This document shows positions 50,489 through 61,213 of a stretch of 64,000 bases of DNA, piece by piece. Both the position numbers and the translations under genes were made by a program. Each line of letters begins with the position of its first letter. The first letter of the stretch is position 1. The stretch is from Squalus acanthias (taxonomy: Eukaryota): contig CM059432.1 of the NCBI GenBank assembly GCA_030390025.1, positions 97,466,001 through 97,530,000 on the forward strand. The letters are read 5' to 3'. The notes under the pieces were generated by a model. That model was not told the DNA's origin. It saw only the letters and a program-made list of their open reading frames with translations, and ran no database searches.

Positions 50489-53400
50489 CGGGGCCGTGCC
50501 CAGCCCGAGTACCTGTGTCCGCTCATCTACGATGAGTGGGGCAGACCATGTGTAGATGTGAAAGTGGAGACCGTTAGGGGAAGGTATTTGGGAGATACAG
50601 GAGCCTCTAGCACGGTGGTCCACTCACCGAATCCGACCACTTCCCCATGGTCGAGCGGGGTCCCATTTACACTAGCAGGTTTCACAGGTAATGAACAGGC
50701 TGGGGCGGTATTGAAACCCTTAACGATAGAATTAGGACCCAATGTAACGAAATGGGAATGCATTTTGATGAAGTGGGAACAGCCCAGTTCGGGGGTTCTT
50801 GGGGCCGACTACATGTTGGCACACCATGCCATAGTAGACATGAAAAACAATTGTCTATGGGGGGCAGTCGATGCAGATAGTATAGGCGAAGTTGTAGTGA
50901 TTCCCAGGGACAGTAAGGAAATAGGCAGCACCTGTACGATGAAGCCGAAAGGGAGCTATGACCTGGAACAATTGGTCGATAGCATCCCGGCCAGGTATCA
51001 AAGGCATGTACGGGAGAATATAGACGTGTTTGCCACGCACAGACATGATTGCGGGAGAGTGATGGGGGTAGAGGTGAAGGTAGATGGGGACCCAATGTCG
51101 CGGCCCCAGAAACAGTATAACTTTCCCCGGGAAGCAGAAAAGGACTTGGAAACTGCTATAAATTTCCTGGTGGAACAAGGTGTATTAAGAACGATAGCCA
51201 CCCATGTAAATTCACCCCTTTGGCCGGTAAAGAAGTCCGATAAATCATGGAGGACCACGGTAGATTACTGGGTCCTGAATAAGAATATTCCAGCCTGTGC
51301 GTCCACGGTAGCGGCAGTAGCAGACTTAATAGGGAGTATCCCCACGGCGGCAACAACTTTTACAGTATTGGATATTTCAAACGGGTTCTGGTCCATTCCC
51401 ATGAGGTGGGAGGATCAGTATAAATTTGCCTTTACATTTAAAGGACAGCAGTATACGTGGACGTGTCTTCCACAAGGGTTTCACAATAGTCCCTCAATTT
51501 TCCACCAAAGCATGGCCGAGGCACTAAAGGGTTTTAGTCAGCCTGACTGGTTGATCCAATATGTGGATGATCTGTTATTATTCTCCGAAGGTACGGAGGA
51601 TCACGGGCCATTACTGAGTGAATTATTGGAGCTGTTAAAGGAAGCAGGTTTTAAAGTAAATCCAAAGAAAGCCCAAGTTGGACAAGGGCAGGTGCAATTT
51701 TTAGGATTGACCATGAAAGCAGGAGAAAGAGCTATAGATGGAGCGAAGAGAAAGGCAGTCCAGTAACTACCCATTCCAAAGGACGTGTCTGGGGTAAGGT
51801 CTTTCCTGGGAATAACAGGTTAGGCAGGGAGTTTATCGAAGGATATGCAGCCATGGCAGCACCTTTGCTGAGGCTTCTTAGGAAGGGAGTAGAATGGGAG
51901 TGGGATGAAAGTTGCCAGGAAACATTTACGTGCTTAAAAGAGGACTTACAAACGGCACCCGCGTTAGGAGTGATAAATGGGGACCAGGACTTTTACCTGG
52001 AGGTAGCGGCTACTGGGGACAGTTTAAGCGCAGTGTTACTCCAAGAGCGGCACGGCAGGTTGAGACCAGTGGCCTACGCCTCCCGAGTTCTTACAGAGCT
52101 TTTCTAATTGCGAGCAGCATCTTTTGGCGACCTTTTGGGCCGTCAAACACTTTCGGTCATTCACAGGGTCAGCTACAGTGACCCTATTGACCTGTCACAC
52201 CCCGACACAAATGTTACTGGACGATAGGATGAAGGATGGGACAGTGAGTAGCAGTAGGATTGCCCGTTGGACGTTGCTACTTTCTCAGTTGGACCTGAAA
52301 GTGGAAAGACTAGGGGAGCCAAAGCTAGCCCCGAATCTGGTTTATCCGGGGACGGCTCACGTGTGCTCAGTAGAAGGAGTGTGGGATGTAGATGTGGGAT
52401 TCCGGGCCGGGGAACACCCGACAGGTAGAGATATTTACGTGGCTGGGTCTAGTTCGGTGACAAACGGAGAAAGAAGGACAGGGTGGGGGATTTATGATCC
52501 AGAGGCAGGGATAGAGAAGGCCATAAAACTCCCCAACACTTTGAGTGCACAGCAGGCCGAATTGGCGGCCGTAACATATGTAGTCACACCCCCCAGTGAA
52601 CTCCCAACCCCCTATACAATATGCTCGGACTCGATGTTTACTTGCAACTCCTGCACGGGGTATCTAGCAATATTGGCTAGGCGAGGGTTCAAGTCCTCAG
52701 ATGGGAAGCCGTTGGTGACAGCCCCTCTGTTAGAAGTCATTCTGAACCTCACGGGTACTAACCAGCAGGATTACTACATCCAAAAGGCTAAAGCGCATTC
52801 CAAGACAGAGCCTAAGTGGAAATGGAATCAGAACGCTGATGTACTGGCCAAAATGGGGGCAGGGGAAGGGATACCTTGGGACCCATACTGATCCGGACTG
52901 TAAAGGGTAAAGAGGGACACAAGGAGGTACAATTGCCACTCAATTTGAAACAGGCTCAGCTGCAAGATGCAGTCCTTAAAACGGTAATTAAGGATAAGGA
53001 ATGTGGGAAGCCGGTCGAGGGAACTTTTGGAGCAGCAGACGTAGCAGTGAAACAGGGGATGTTATTCAAGGGGATTAGGTGGGTCGTGCCCGTGCAGTAC
53101 AGGGAAGAATTTTTGCAGCTAGCTCACGGAGGTCCGGAGGCCGGACATCCAGGGCCAGAAACGACTTGGAATAAAGTGGAGGCTGTGGGATGGTGGGCCC
53201 AGCTCAGGGAAGATGTAAGGGATTATTGCGAGAACTGTTTAGTGTGCGCGGCGAATATCCAGACTCCCACCGAAGGAAGGTTCCGTTGGGACACACGAGG
53301 AGGGTAGAGGGACCATGGCAGTCTATACAGGTAGATTTCATTGGGCCACTGCCCAACACAAGTAGGGGCAATAAATATTGTCTGGTATTAGTGGATACTT

Positions 53401-54261
53401 TCTTGAAATGGGTGGAAGCTTTTCCTTGTAGGGCAGCGACAGCGTTAAACATGGCTAATGATTCTAGTGAAGGAAGTGTTTTCCCGGTGGGGACTGCCCC
53501 GGATAGTAGAGTCAGATCAGGGAACTCATTTCACCGGACTAGTAATGCAGGCCACCCTGAAGCTGCTCGGAATACAGGGAAAGTGGCACGTGGCGCATAA
53601 CCCCCAATCATCGGGTATAGTAGAGAGGATGAACCGGACCTTAAAAGAGAGGCTTAGGAAAGAGATCGGAGAGGTCCCGAAGAGATGGGATGAAGTCCTA
53701 CCCCTGGACCTAATGAGCATCAGAGCCAGTCTCTCTAAAAGTACGGGACACTCCCCACATGAGTTGATGACAGGGAGGTCGATGAGGACCCCGACTCATG
53801 TGTTGGTACCGGTCCTGACCGAAGCACAGGTTAAGGAGGTCACACGGCACAGGTTTGTTAGAGATCTGTACAATACACTAAGGGGGCTGCATTGGGAGGC
53901 AGCTAACAATATGGGAAGGCAGCACCAACAGAATAAAATGCTGTTGGAACCACAGGTAACACAGGAGTGGCAGGTAGGGGACCAGGTAATGGTCAGGAAT
54001 TATGCCAGAGTAGGGGCATTCAAGCCATTATTTAAAGGACCCTATAATATCGTGGATAAGGTAAGTCCTATGGTCTATGCGATCCAGCTGCCGAGGCGAC
54101 CAAAATGGTTTCACATCAACCAGTGCAAACTGTACAACTCCGGAGAGAGAAGCACAAAAGGGGCCAAGGCCCAAGGAACCGTAATGAGTTTGATCAATGT
54201 GAGCCTTTCTCCCGTGCTGTGGGATGATGAGGATGACTCAGAGGGCGGAGCGGTGAGATGA
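50489..54261 (+). pseudogene. pol: pol: protease, RT, degenerate RNase H (tether), RNase H, integrase; several lesions
   Basis: GRPCVDV...DTGAS; LDISNGFW, LPQGFHNSP, YVDD (51560-51571); RPVAYASR; YVAGSS...SAQQAEL...SDS...NADVLAK; H-x6-H...CxxC, QVDFIGP, SDQG, GIVERMN, GPY. Confidence 0.95.
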
Positions 54262-54439
54262 AGTAGTCGGGTGCCGAGACCCAGGGTGCTCTGGACGCCT
54301 CCTCCTACTCCACCCCTGGGCCTCAAGAAGCCCAAACATCGGGACAAGAAAAAACGAAAGCAGTGATTGAACCAAAGTGTAAATATGTGTATCATTTAAG
54401 TGTGACCTGTGAAGGGGAGACCCCCTCACAGAGCAGTGT

Positions 54440-54463
54440 TATTCTTTTGTTTTGTTTTTATAG
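54440..54463 (+). promoter_or_regulatory. Candidate env splice acceptor
   Basis: TATTCTTTTGTTTTGTTTTTATAG ending 25 nt before the env ATG at 54489. Confidence 0.7.
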
Positions 54464-54488
54464 AAGCGAATCGAATCAAGGACGCGAG

Positions 54489-57400
54489 ATGAGGTGGACG
54501 CTATGGATGAGCGTGTGGATGATCCTGATTAAAGCAGGGTGGGGAGATCGGGGAGACACCGAGACATTCTTTACATATGGGTGTATGGGAGGAACTGGCC
54601 CCACCGTAACTCAGCGGGGGGGGGGGACACGGGGTAATTATGGTACAATGACATACTCCCACGATGGGAATTGGCCGGGTTGGCTAGGGTCGAACTCGAC
54701 CAAGTATTCAAGGCGAACCGAGGACAAGATTGGGGAAGTGTCGGTGTCCTGCCCAAAGGTAAACATCACGACTAAGAGGGAACGGGTGAAAGAGGGTAGA
54801 CAGGTTTGTCTGGAATGTAAGGGGAGCACCCCCATGGGATGGTGGTGGTGGTTGCGGAAAACAGACAAAGGTAAAAATAACGCATCCACGGAATGGGGAA
54901 AGTTGGGTAATAATTCAAACAGGCGGACCATGGGAACTAAGAAAGGGGTAAAATTGTGCTGGGATAAATGATGGAAGAAGGAGCAAGGAGTTAATGGCCC
55001 AGAAATTCGGGTCCCCTCCCGTAAGGCCACCGGAAGTGCCGGTTTCGCGCATGCACTGCGCATGCATGGGAAACCGGAACTTCCGGTCTCTTGAAGGAAG
55101 GGGTTCGTGGGTCAACCGCGTGTGCGGGAGAGGCAGCGTGTACACATCGAACTTCTGCTTTTTTTACAGGTTTCTCCGTGCGGGTAAGTCCCTGCAGCTG
55201 CGCGTGGAAAAAACAGGCGCAAGGCCTGTTTTTAACAAGGTAAGAGGTGAATTAAGTAAAATTGAAACATTTTTTCCACAGGTTTATCATTTTTAAATAC
55301 TTTAAAGAAAGGTAAGTTTATTTTTAGCCCGTTAAAAACTTTAATAAATTTTTTCAAAAATTTAAATTTTTGGTTAAAATTTAGTAAATTTATGTAATTT
55401 ATAGTTATTTTAAAAATGTGATGGTTTTTTAAAAATTTATTTGAAGTTTTACTTAGGTTTTGGGGCCGATCTCTATTCATAGATTTGACAGGTCTTCCTG
55501 TCAAATCTATGAATGGAGATTCCCTGCTTCGATTGGCTCCCCATGGACCACGTGATCCCAGGGGATACTGCGAACTAACTTCACCCCTGGGATACACAAG
55601 CACTGCACACCGGCAGCTGGAGGAGGCCCAGGATCGGAATCGCACGTGGGCCCACAGCACAACGGCAGGCGCGCTATGTAAGTGCACCCGCTATGCTTGC
55701 ACCCGCGGGAAGCCTCCGACCCGAATTTCTGGGCCTATGTGTGCGTGGTCGGGTCGGGGCACAACTGCAAAGGGGGGGTTGCCATTACTTTCAAACGGCA
55801 GTGGCAGGACTCCGGGTCAGGAGTGAATTGGACTCAGAGTTTTGACTCTTGCGTGACCCTGGATCCTCCAAAAGCAGTCAATGCGACCGAACTGGTCGCG
55901 AGCAAGATGAAGCCTCTACCGAAAGCACCAGAGACTCAGGGTACAGAGGTCAAATGTCCCGTAATGGCACCTGGGCCTAAAAATGGGCTGGTGTTGATCC
56001 CAACAAAAAAATGATGTATCATACTGTATATTACGGAGTAGCGTCGGTTATTCTTAATTTAACAGAGTTACAGTTGCCCCGGTGGTGCCCGCCAGAGACG
56101 GAAAAGTTGTATGAAAAGTTGTTAAAAGAAATGTTCAGACAATTCTACGAGAGGAATTATGGGGACGAAAGTCGGGGGGGAGTGTACAAACTGGTACATA
56201 ACAGCCACACGGGCTGGGGGAGACGAAAAAGGGGACTGATTAATGATGCGGCCATGGTGTTTAATACAGGGACGTCACTGATCAACAGTATGGACAACGC
56301 GCAGTTGCAATTACAAGTAAATACCCTAAGGGACCCGCTAAGGAAAATACTGGGGGAGGATAATGACATTGAGGGTCACGAATTGCAGGAAGACCAGGTG
56401 ATGACGATTCATCTAAAGGAAATGGTAGCTGAGCTGGAGACTCACGCTCAGACCATCAATGTATTAATAAAGGAGGGCCAAAATGCATCGGATCGGGCTG
56501 CCCAAAATGATGTGTGTGTCATGTACGGGGCCTGGTTGTTAAACGAGGGGCGCAGTAATTTAGAGGATTTAAAACAAGGCCACGTACCATCATGGATCAG
56601 TAACCTAAAGGCTTTAAGCGCTTATAACAACCTCATGAATCCGTGTCAGCTACAGTCGGCCTCCGAAGCGTACCCGGTCCCTGTCAACTGTGGTCAGAAT
56701 AAACAAACGGTAATGGGGATAGTTCTGAGGATGCCGGTGATGGATCAGGCGCAACGACCGGGTAGAAAACATTGGTGTAATTCGAAACGGGGTACATATG
56801 AAGCATCATAAAACCCCTCAGTATGTGGTGAAGTTGGGGAACTCGATAACCGGCACTAGTCTGGAGCGATGTCAGGGAGGAGGTACACATGTGGTATTGT
56901 GTCCCTACCATTTGAATCTTTTCGATCGGCCGGTATGTGGGTTTGAATACGGAGACGGGCAGCCTATCAGCTGTATCATGGAAGTGATGGCTCACAGCCA
57001 TGTCTCGCCCCAGGTTGCGTACAAGGGTAATAGAACCTACTGTGTAACCACTAGCGAAAGTCGGTACAGAATACACAGGGACACCTGGTGTCCAGTTCAA
57101 GATTCCACCTTTTGCTTCAAGCCCCAGGTAGAGACACAAGTAGCACAAGAAAGGATAATCCCCATCTCAGACCACAAACACATCGGTATCACAGTTAACG
57201 GTACTTTACTGAACCTCCAAGAATACATATCGCGTTTTGGATACGATATCCCACCGTTACCCGAACATTTGGTTAAGCTATTAAAGAACCTAGAGTTGTC
57301 CCAAAAACATTATTTCGCGTTACAGCAAAAGAATGAGAAAGAAAGGGAGGAAATCGAAGAGACGATTACCCCTCCGTGGTGGGATGTGGGACTTAACATT

Positions 57401-57553
57401 GAGATCCCTCCTTGGATTCGAATCGCGTCGCATGTGTTGGTAATTGTACAATTGTGTATTATGTTGTATCTATTAATCTTGTCGTGTAAATTAAAAAGGA
57501 AGAGAAGAAGGGGGAAACTTAAAAGATTGAAGCGGGAGGTTCCGAGTGTTTGA
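54489..57553 (+). pseudogene. env: env: signal peptide, Ig-like domain, furin site, F-type fusion subunit, TM anchor; one stop, MITE insertion, two frameshifts
   Basis: MRWTLWMSVWMILIKAGWG; RRKR (56221-56232) then GLINDAAMVFNTGTSLIN and heptads; Cys-rich block; IASHVLVIVQLCIMLYLLILSC then basic tail. Confidence 0.9.
54996..55735 (+). mobile_element. Harbinger MITE family B inserted in env
   Basis: Perfect 18-bp TIR GGCCCAGAAATTCGGGTC; flanks AAT/TAT (TSD with one mismatch). Confidence 0.93.
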
Positions 57554-57668
57554 ACCGAATGTAATAAAAGTGAAATGTAAAGATTTGGTTGAGACCGGCA
57601 ATGCACCCAAAGGCAAAGAAGAAGTCGAATTGGTCAAGAGTAATGCTTCTAGTTTATAAAGAGACATT

Positions 57669-57679
57669 AAAGGGGGGAA
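57669..57679 (+). promoter_or_regulatory. Polypurine tract
   Basis: AAAGGGGGGAA immediately before the 3' LTR TG. Confidence 0.9.
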
Positions 57680-57806
57680 TGTAGATTTTTTTTTAAACCT
57701 GTACAATGCTGGAAGCCTGTTTGGCCCGGTGGTAAGGGCATGATACAGTTAAACCTAGAAGTACAGACACACCTGTGAGTTTTAATTTAACTTTGGAAAA
57801 GACATT

Positions 57807-58706
57807 GGGCTGGATTTTGTCTTGGGGTCGGGTTGTGATCGTGTCATCCGCATTTCATGTTCCCCCGCCCCCGACTCCAGATTAATGTGGATGAATGATG
57901 CAATTTTCACTTAATTGGGCAATTGAGTTCCAGCATGTGGGAACCCATGAATCAATTAGTGGTTTCCTGCTGCATTGCAGGTCAAAGACTGACTGCCTGG
58001 TCTCAGAGACAGCCTGGCTGTTGGTGAGAGAGGACCTGCCTGGCATTTGCTGTGAGGAGAGATAGAGAGATAGAGATAGAGAGAGATAGCGATAGAGATA
58101 GCGATAGTGATAGAGATAGCGATAGAGATAGCGATGGAGATAGAGATGGAGATAGAGATAGAGATGGAGATGGAGATGGAGATGGAGATAGAGATAGAGA
58201 TAGAGATAGAGATAGAGATAGAGATAGAGATAGAGATAGAGATAGAGATAGAGATAGAGATAGAGATAGAGATAGAGATAGAGATAGAGAGAGAGAAAAG
58301 GCCAGGCAGTCTCTTCAATGCAGCAGCATCAGAGGTGACTTTCAGACCTAATACTACTACCTTCATCACATCTCCATTGTAATAGTGGACCTGCAGCTGA
58401 CTATCAGCTATCCACTTGTGCTCCCGCCAGGTTTCACTGGCGTGTTTCACATCAGGCGTACTTCACGTCGGAAAAGGGTTAAACTAGCTAAAACGTTTCA
58501 AAATGGCATTACAGAGCCAATTTAGGGCTTGTTAAGGGCTTTAATGGCCTCTCCCACCTCTTGGAGGCGGGACGGAGTCGGGAACCCCGCGACTGATTTT
58601 GTCAAAATTGCGTGGAGGCGGGATGGGGTCGGGACCCCCGACCCCGGAACTTTAACCCCCCACACGCCTCCAAACCCGACTCCACGGGTCATTCAAAATC
58701 CAGCCC
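57807..58706 (+). mobile_element. Harbinger MITE family C in the 3' LTR
   Basis: GGGCTGGATTTTG / CAAAATCCAGCCC, ATT TSD, empty site in the 5' LTR. Confidence 0.95.
58057..58296. repeat. (GAGATA)n hexamer microsatellite with GCGATA and GAGATG variants
   Basis: Direct reading. Confidence 0.97.
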
Positions 58707-59566
58707 ATTTATTTTGGACAATGAGCGTCTTGATAGGTGATTTAACGGTGAATAGGTGATTTAACTTTGGACAATGAGACTTCGTGTTTTGATGGGTTTC
58801 GATGGATCTTCAATGGATAAGACAATGATACCAGTTTTGTTGGAACAATGGACTTCCTGGCCTCAATGGAAAACACTTTAACCTTGGGCAAAACACATCA
58901 ACAGTAAGACTAAATCACATTAAATATGCACCACAGTGGGGTGGGGGGGGGGGGGGAGACAAGATAAGGAATTATCTTCCATCCCTCAGCCCTGTACATA
59001 TCCTGTGGTTTGGATTACTAGGTGTGTATTGGAAAACAAGAGTTGGGGGAAGGCCCAGACTCGAAAAGGCGTGACGGAAGAGCTGTAAAAAGGAACCACA
59101 TCACAGCTCTCTCTCTCTCTCTCGCTGGGAAGCTAGCTCTGACTACAGCAACTGCCAGGTGTAAGAAGGAAGGGAAGACGGTCATCTCCAGATCCCAGCC
59201 TGCAATCGACGTCGGCCACGACCAGCCGGACGGGTGATTGTAAGTATCAGTTGACTCGACAAGATGTTTGCGCTGTGTAGGCTGCTGCAGTCAGATAAAG
59301 GAGGACAGGGACAGGTCATCTCCGATCCAGGCCTACAATCTACAATGGTAACGACTGGCCGTATGGGTGATTGTAAGTTTCAGCCAAATCTCAACAGGTT
59401 TTTGTCCGTGTTTTGTTGGTTTTAATAAACTAACAGTTTTGGGTTGAACCTAAACCTTTGTGTCGTCCACCATTTTGTTCCTGTAAAACCCAGAGTCAAA
59501 GAACCCTTGTAAGGACGAGGAAACCAAACACCTTACAGCTGTATGATTCTATGATTCGATAATTCT

Positions 59567-59932
59567 ATGACACTTAGTACGATACTGAGGGAGAGCTGCA
59601 CTGTTGGAGGTGCCATCTTTCAGATGAGATGTTAAACCGAGGTCCCATCTGCCCTCTCAGGTGGGCGTAAAAGATCCCATGGCACTATTTTGAAGAGCAG
59701 GGGAGTTCTCCCCAGTGTCCTGGCCAATATTTATCACTCAACCAACATAATTGAAAAACGGATTATCTGGTCGTTATCACATTGCTGTTTGTGGGACCTT
59801 CCTGTGCACAAATTCACTGCTACTTTGCCTACATTACAACAGTGACTATACTTCAAAAGTACTTCATTGGCTGTAAAGCACTTTGGGACATCTCGCGGTC
59901 AAGAAAGGCCCTATATAAATGCAAATCTTTTA
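59567..59932 (+). mobile_element. Deu-domain SINE, 3' part (SacSINE1-like)
   Basis: TACTGAGGGAGAGCTGCACTGTTGGAGGTGCC...GTTAAACCGAGG...TAAAAGATCCCATGGCACTATTT...TATATAAATGCAAATCTTTT. Confidence 0.85.
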
Positions 59933-61213
59933 TTGCATCTAAATCTGCTTGTGATCAATTTTTTACATCTAAGGCCCTAACTCCTGCACATATTTTTGTA
60001 TCATCTGCGAATTTGCAGACACTTCCTCTGATGCTTTTATCCAGATCATTGATGAAGATGGTGTAGAGCAACAGCTCTAACACTGATTCCTGTGGGACTC
60101 CACTAGTAACTGGTCCCCATGTAGAACCTCTGCCGTTATTAACAACTATGAAAATTCAACTAATTCCTTATCCAACCCAAAATCTGCTTGTTAATCCCAC
60201 AGGGCTCAGTCATATTAAATAGCCTTTGTGTGGCACCTTGTAAAAGGCCTTTTGAAAATCAAGGTAAACAATGTCAACAGGGCTACCTGTAACCACCAAC
60301 TGAGTGACTTCCTCAAAAAATCCAATCAGATTGGTGAGACATAACCTTCTGGCAACTGGCCTAAAATTGAAGTCAAGCTAACAGGCCTGTAATTTCCTGG
60401 TTCTGACTTATTGCTCTTTTTAAATATTTGCATTACATGACCCTGTCGCTAGTCCATGGGAACAATCCCAGATCCCAATAAGCTGTTAAATATATGACCA
60501 ACGAGCTTGCAAAGCACAGGCCCCATTTCTTTGAGCACCCTTGAGTGATTGACATAAGGACAAGCAGTCTGATCTGTTTGAGATCTCTTATTCTAGGTTG
60601 AACTATATTGCATTCACTTTGACACTTTCAACTAGCATCCACCCTACAATATACTATTAGAAACTCAGCATCGTCTTCTGTAGTGAACACTGACGCAAAG
60701 TAATAATTTAAAACATCTGCGCTATCATGGGAGCCCACCTGAATCTGCTCTGAGGAATTCTTCAATGGCCCTGTACAGTCCTTAATGGCCATCTAACTCC
60801 TAACATGACTGAAAATTAATACTACCACAGCCAGCTACTGTTTTCTTCTCCCATGTACTTTTGGCTGCTGATAGCAGTTTTCTTTGCCTTTTGCTGAGAT
60901 CAATACCTATCACTGTTCTCCTGAGAGCTACTTTCTTTAAGCCTGTAAAAATATTTCTGCTTACATCTGATTTGTCTTTGAATATGACCTATTAGCTAAT
61001 TTGGCTTTATTTTACCTCTTTTAACTCAGGGCAGATAACTGGCTTTCTTTTGCAGAAGGATGTTTTTTCTTGCATGTTACTAATGTCCCCGCCTAGTAGG
61101 ATTGTTCAATCAATCTGATTCAAGTCATTTGCTATCATTGGAAATCTAGCCGTCTTAACATCTGGAACTGGGACTAAAGTTTCAGCAGCTTTGGTTTGGT
61201 TACAAAGTAAAGG

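Larger units (their letters stand above)
45552..59537 (+). mobile_element. Complete decayed endogenous retrovirus, lokiretrovirus-like (LTR-gag-pol-env-LTR)
   Basis: TGTAG...CCTTACA LTRs, GCTG TSD (45548-45551, 59538-59541), PBS-like site, PPT, gag, pol with two RNase H folds, F-like env. Provirus call is firm; family assignment is inference. Confidence 0.93.
57680..59537 (+). repeat. 3' LTR (~955 bp net) interrupted by MITE C
   Basis: TGTAG...CACCTTACA; AATAAA 59424-59429; differs from the 5' LTR by a few percent by eye. Confidence 0.95.
40765..61200 (-). mobile_element. Old CR1 LINE broken by nested insertions (pieces ~40765-40910, ~44063-44505, ~44816-45190, ~59933-61200)
   Basis: Minus strand VTSGVPQESVL...FINDLD...KFADDTK near 60000-60110; EWARAWQMSFN near 45160-45195; YCVQFWS near 44910-44930; 3' tail-like sequence near 40770. 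Outer limits approximate. Confidence 0.65.

Noticed and set aside
57956..58450. ORFs with (IS)n, (RD)n and (IE)n runs
   Set aside because: Products of the GAGATA microsatellite
45552..59537. Classification as ordinary Gypsy or as a foamy virus
   Set aside because: Second RNase H and env argue against plain Gypsy; CCHC gag, in-frame gag-pol and no room for accessory genes between env and the PPT argue against a foamy virus; phylogeny still needed
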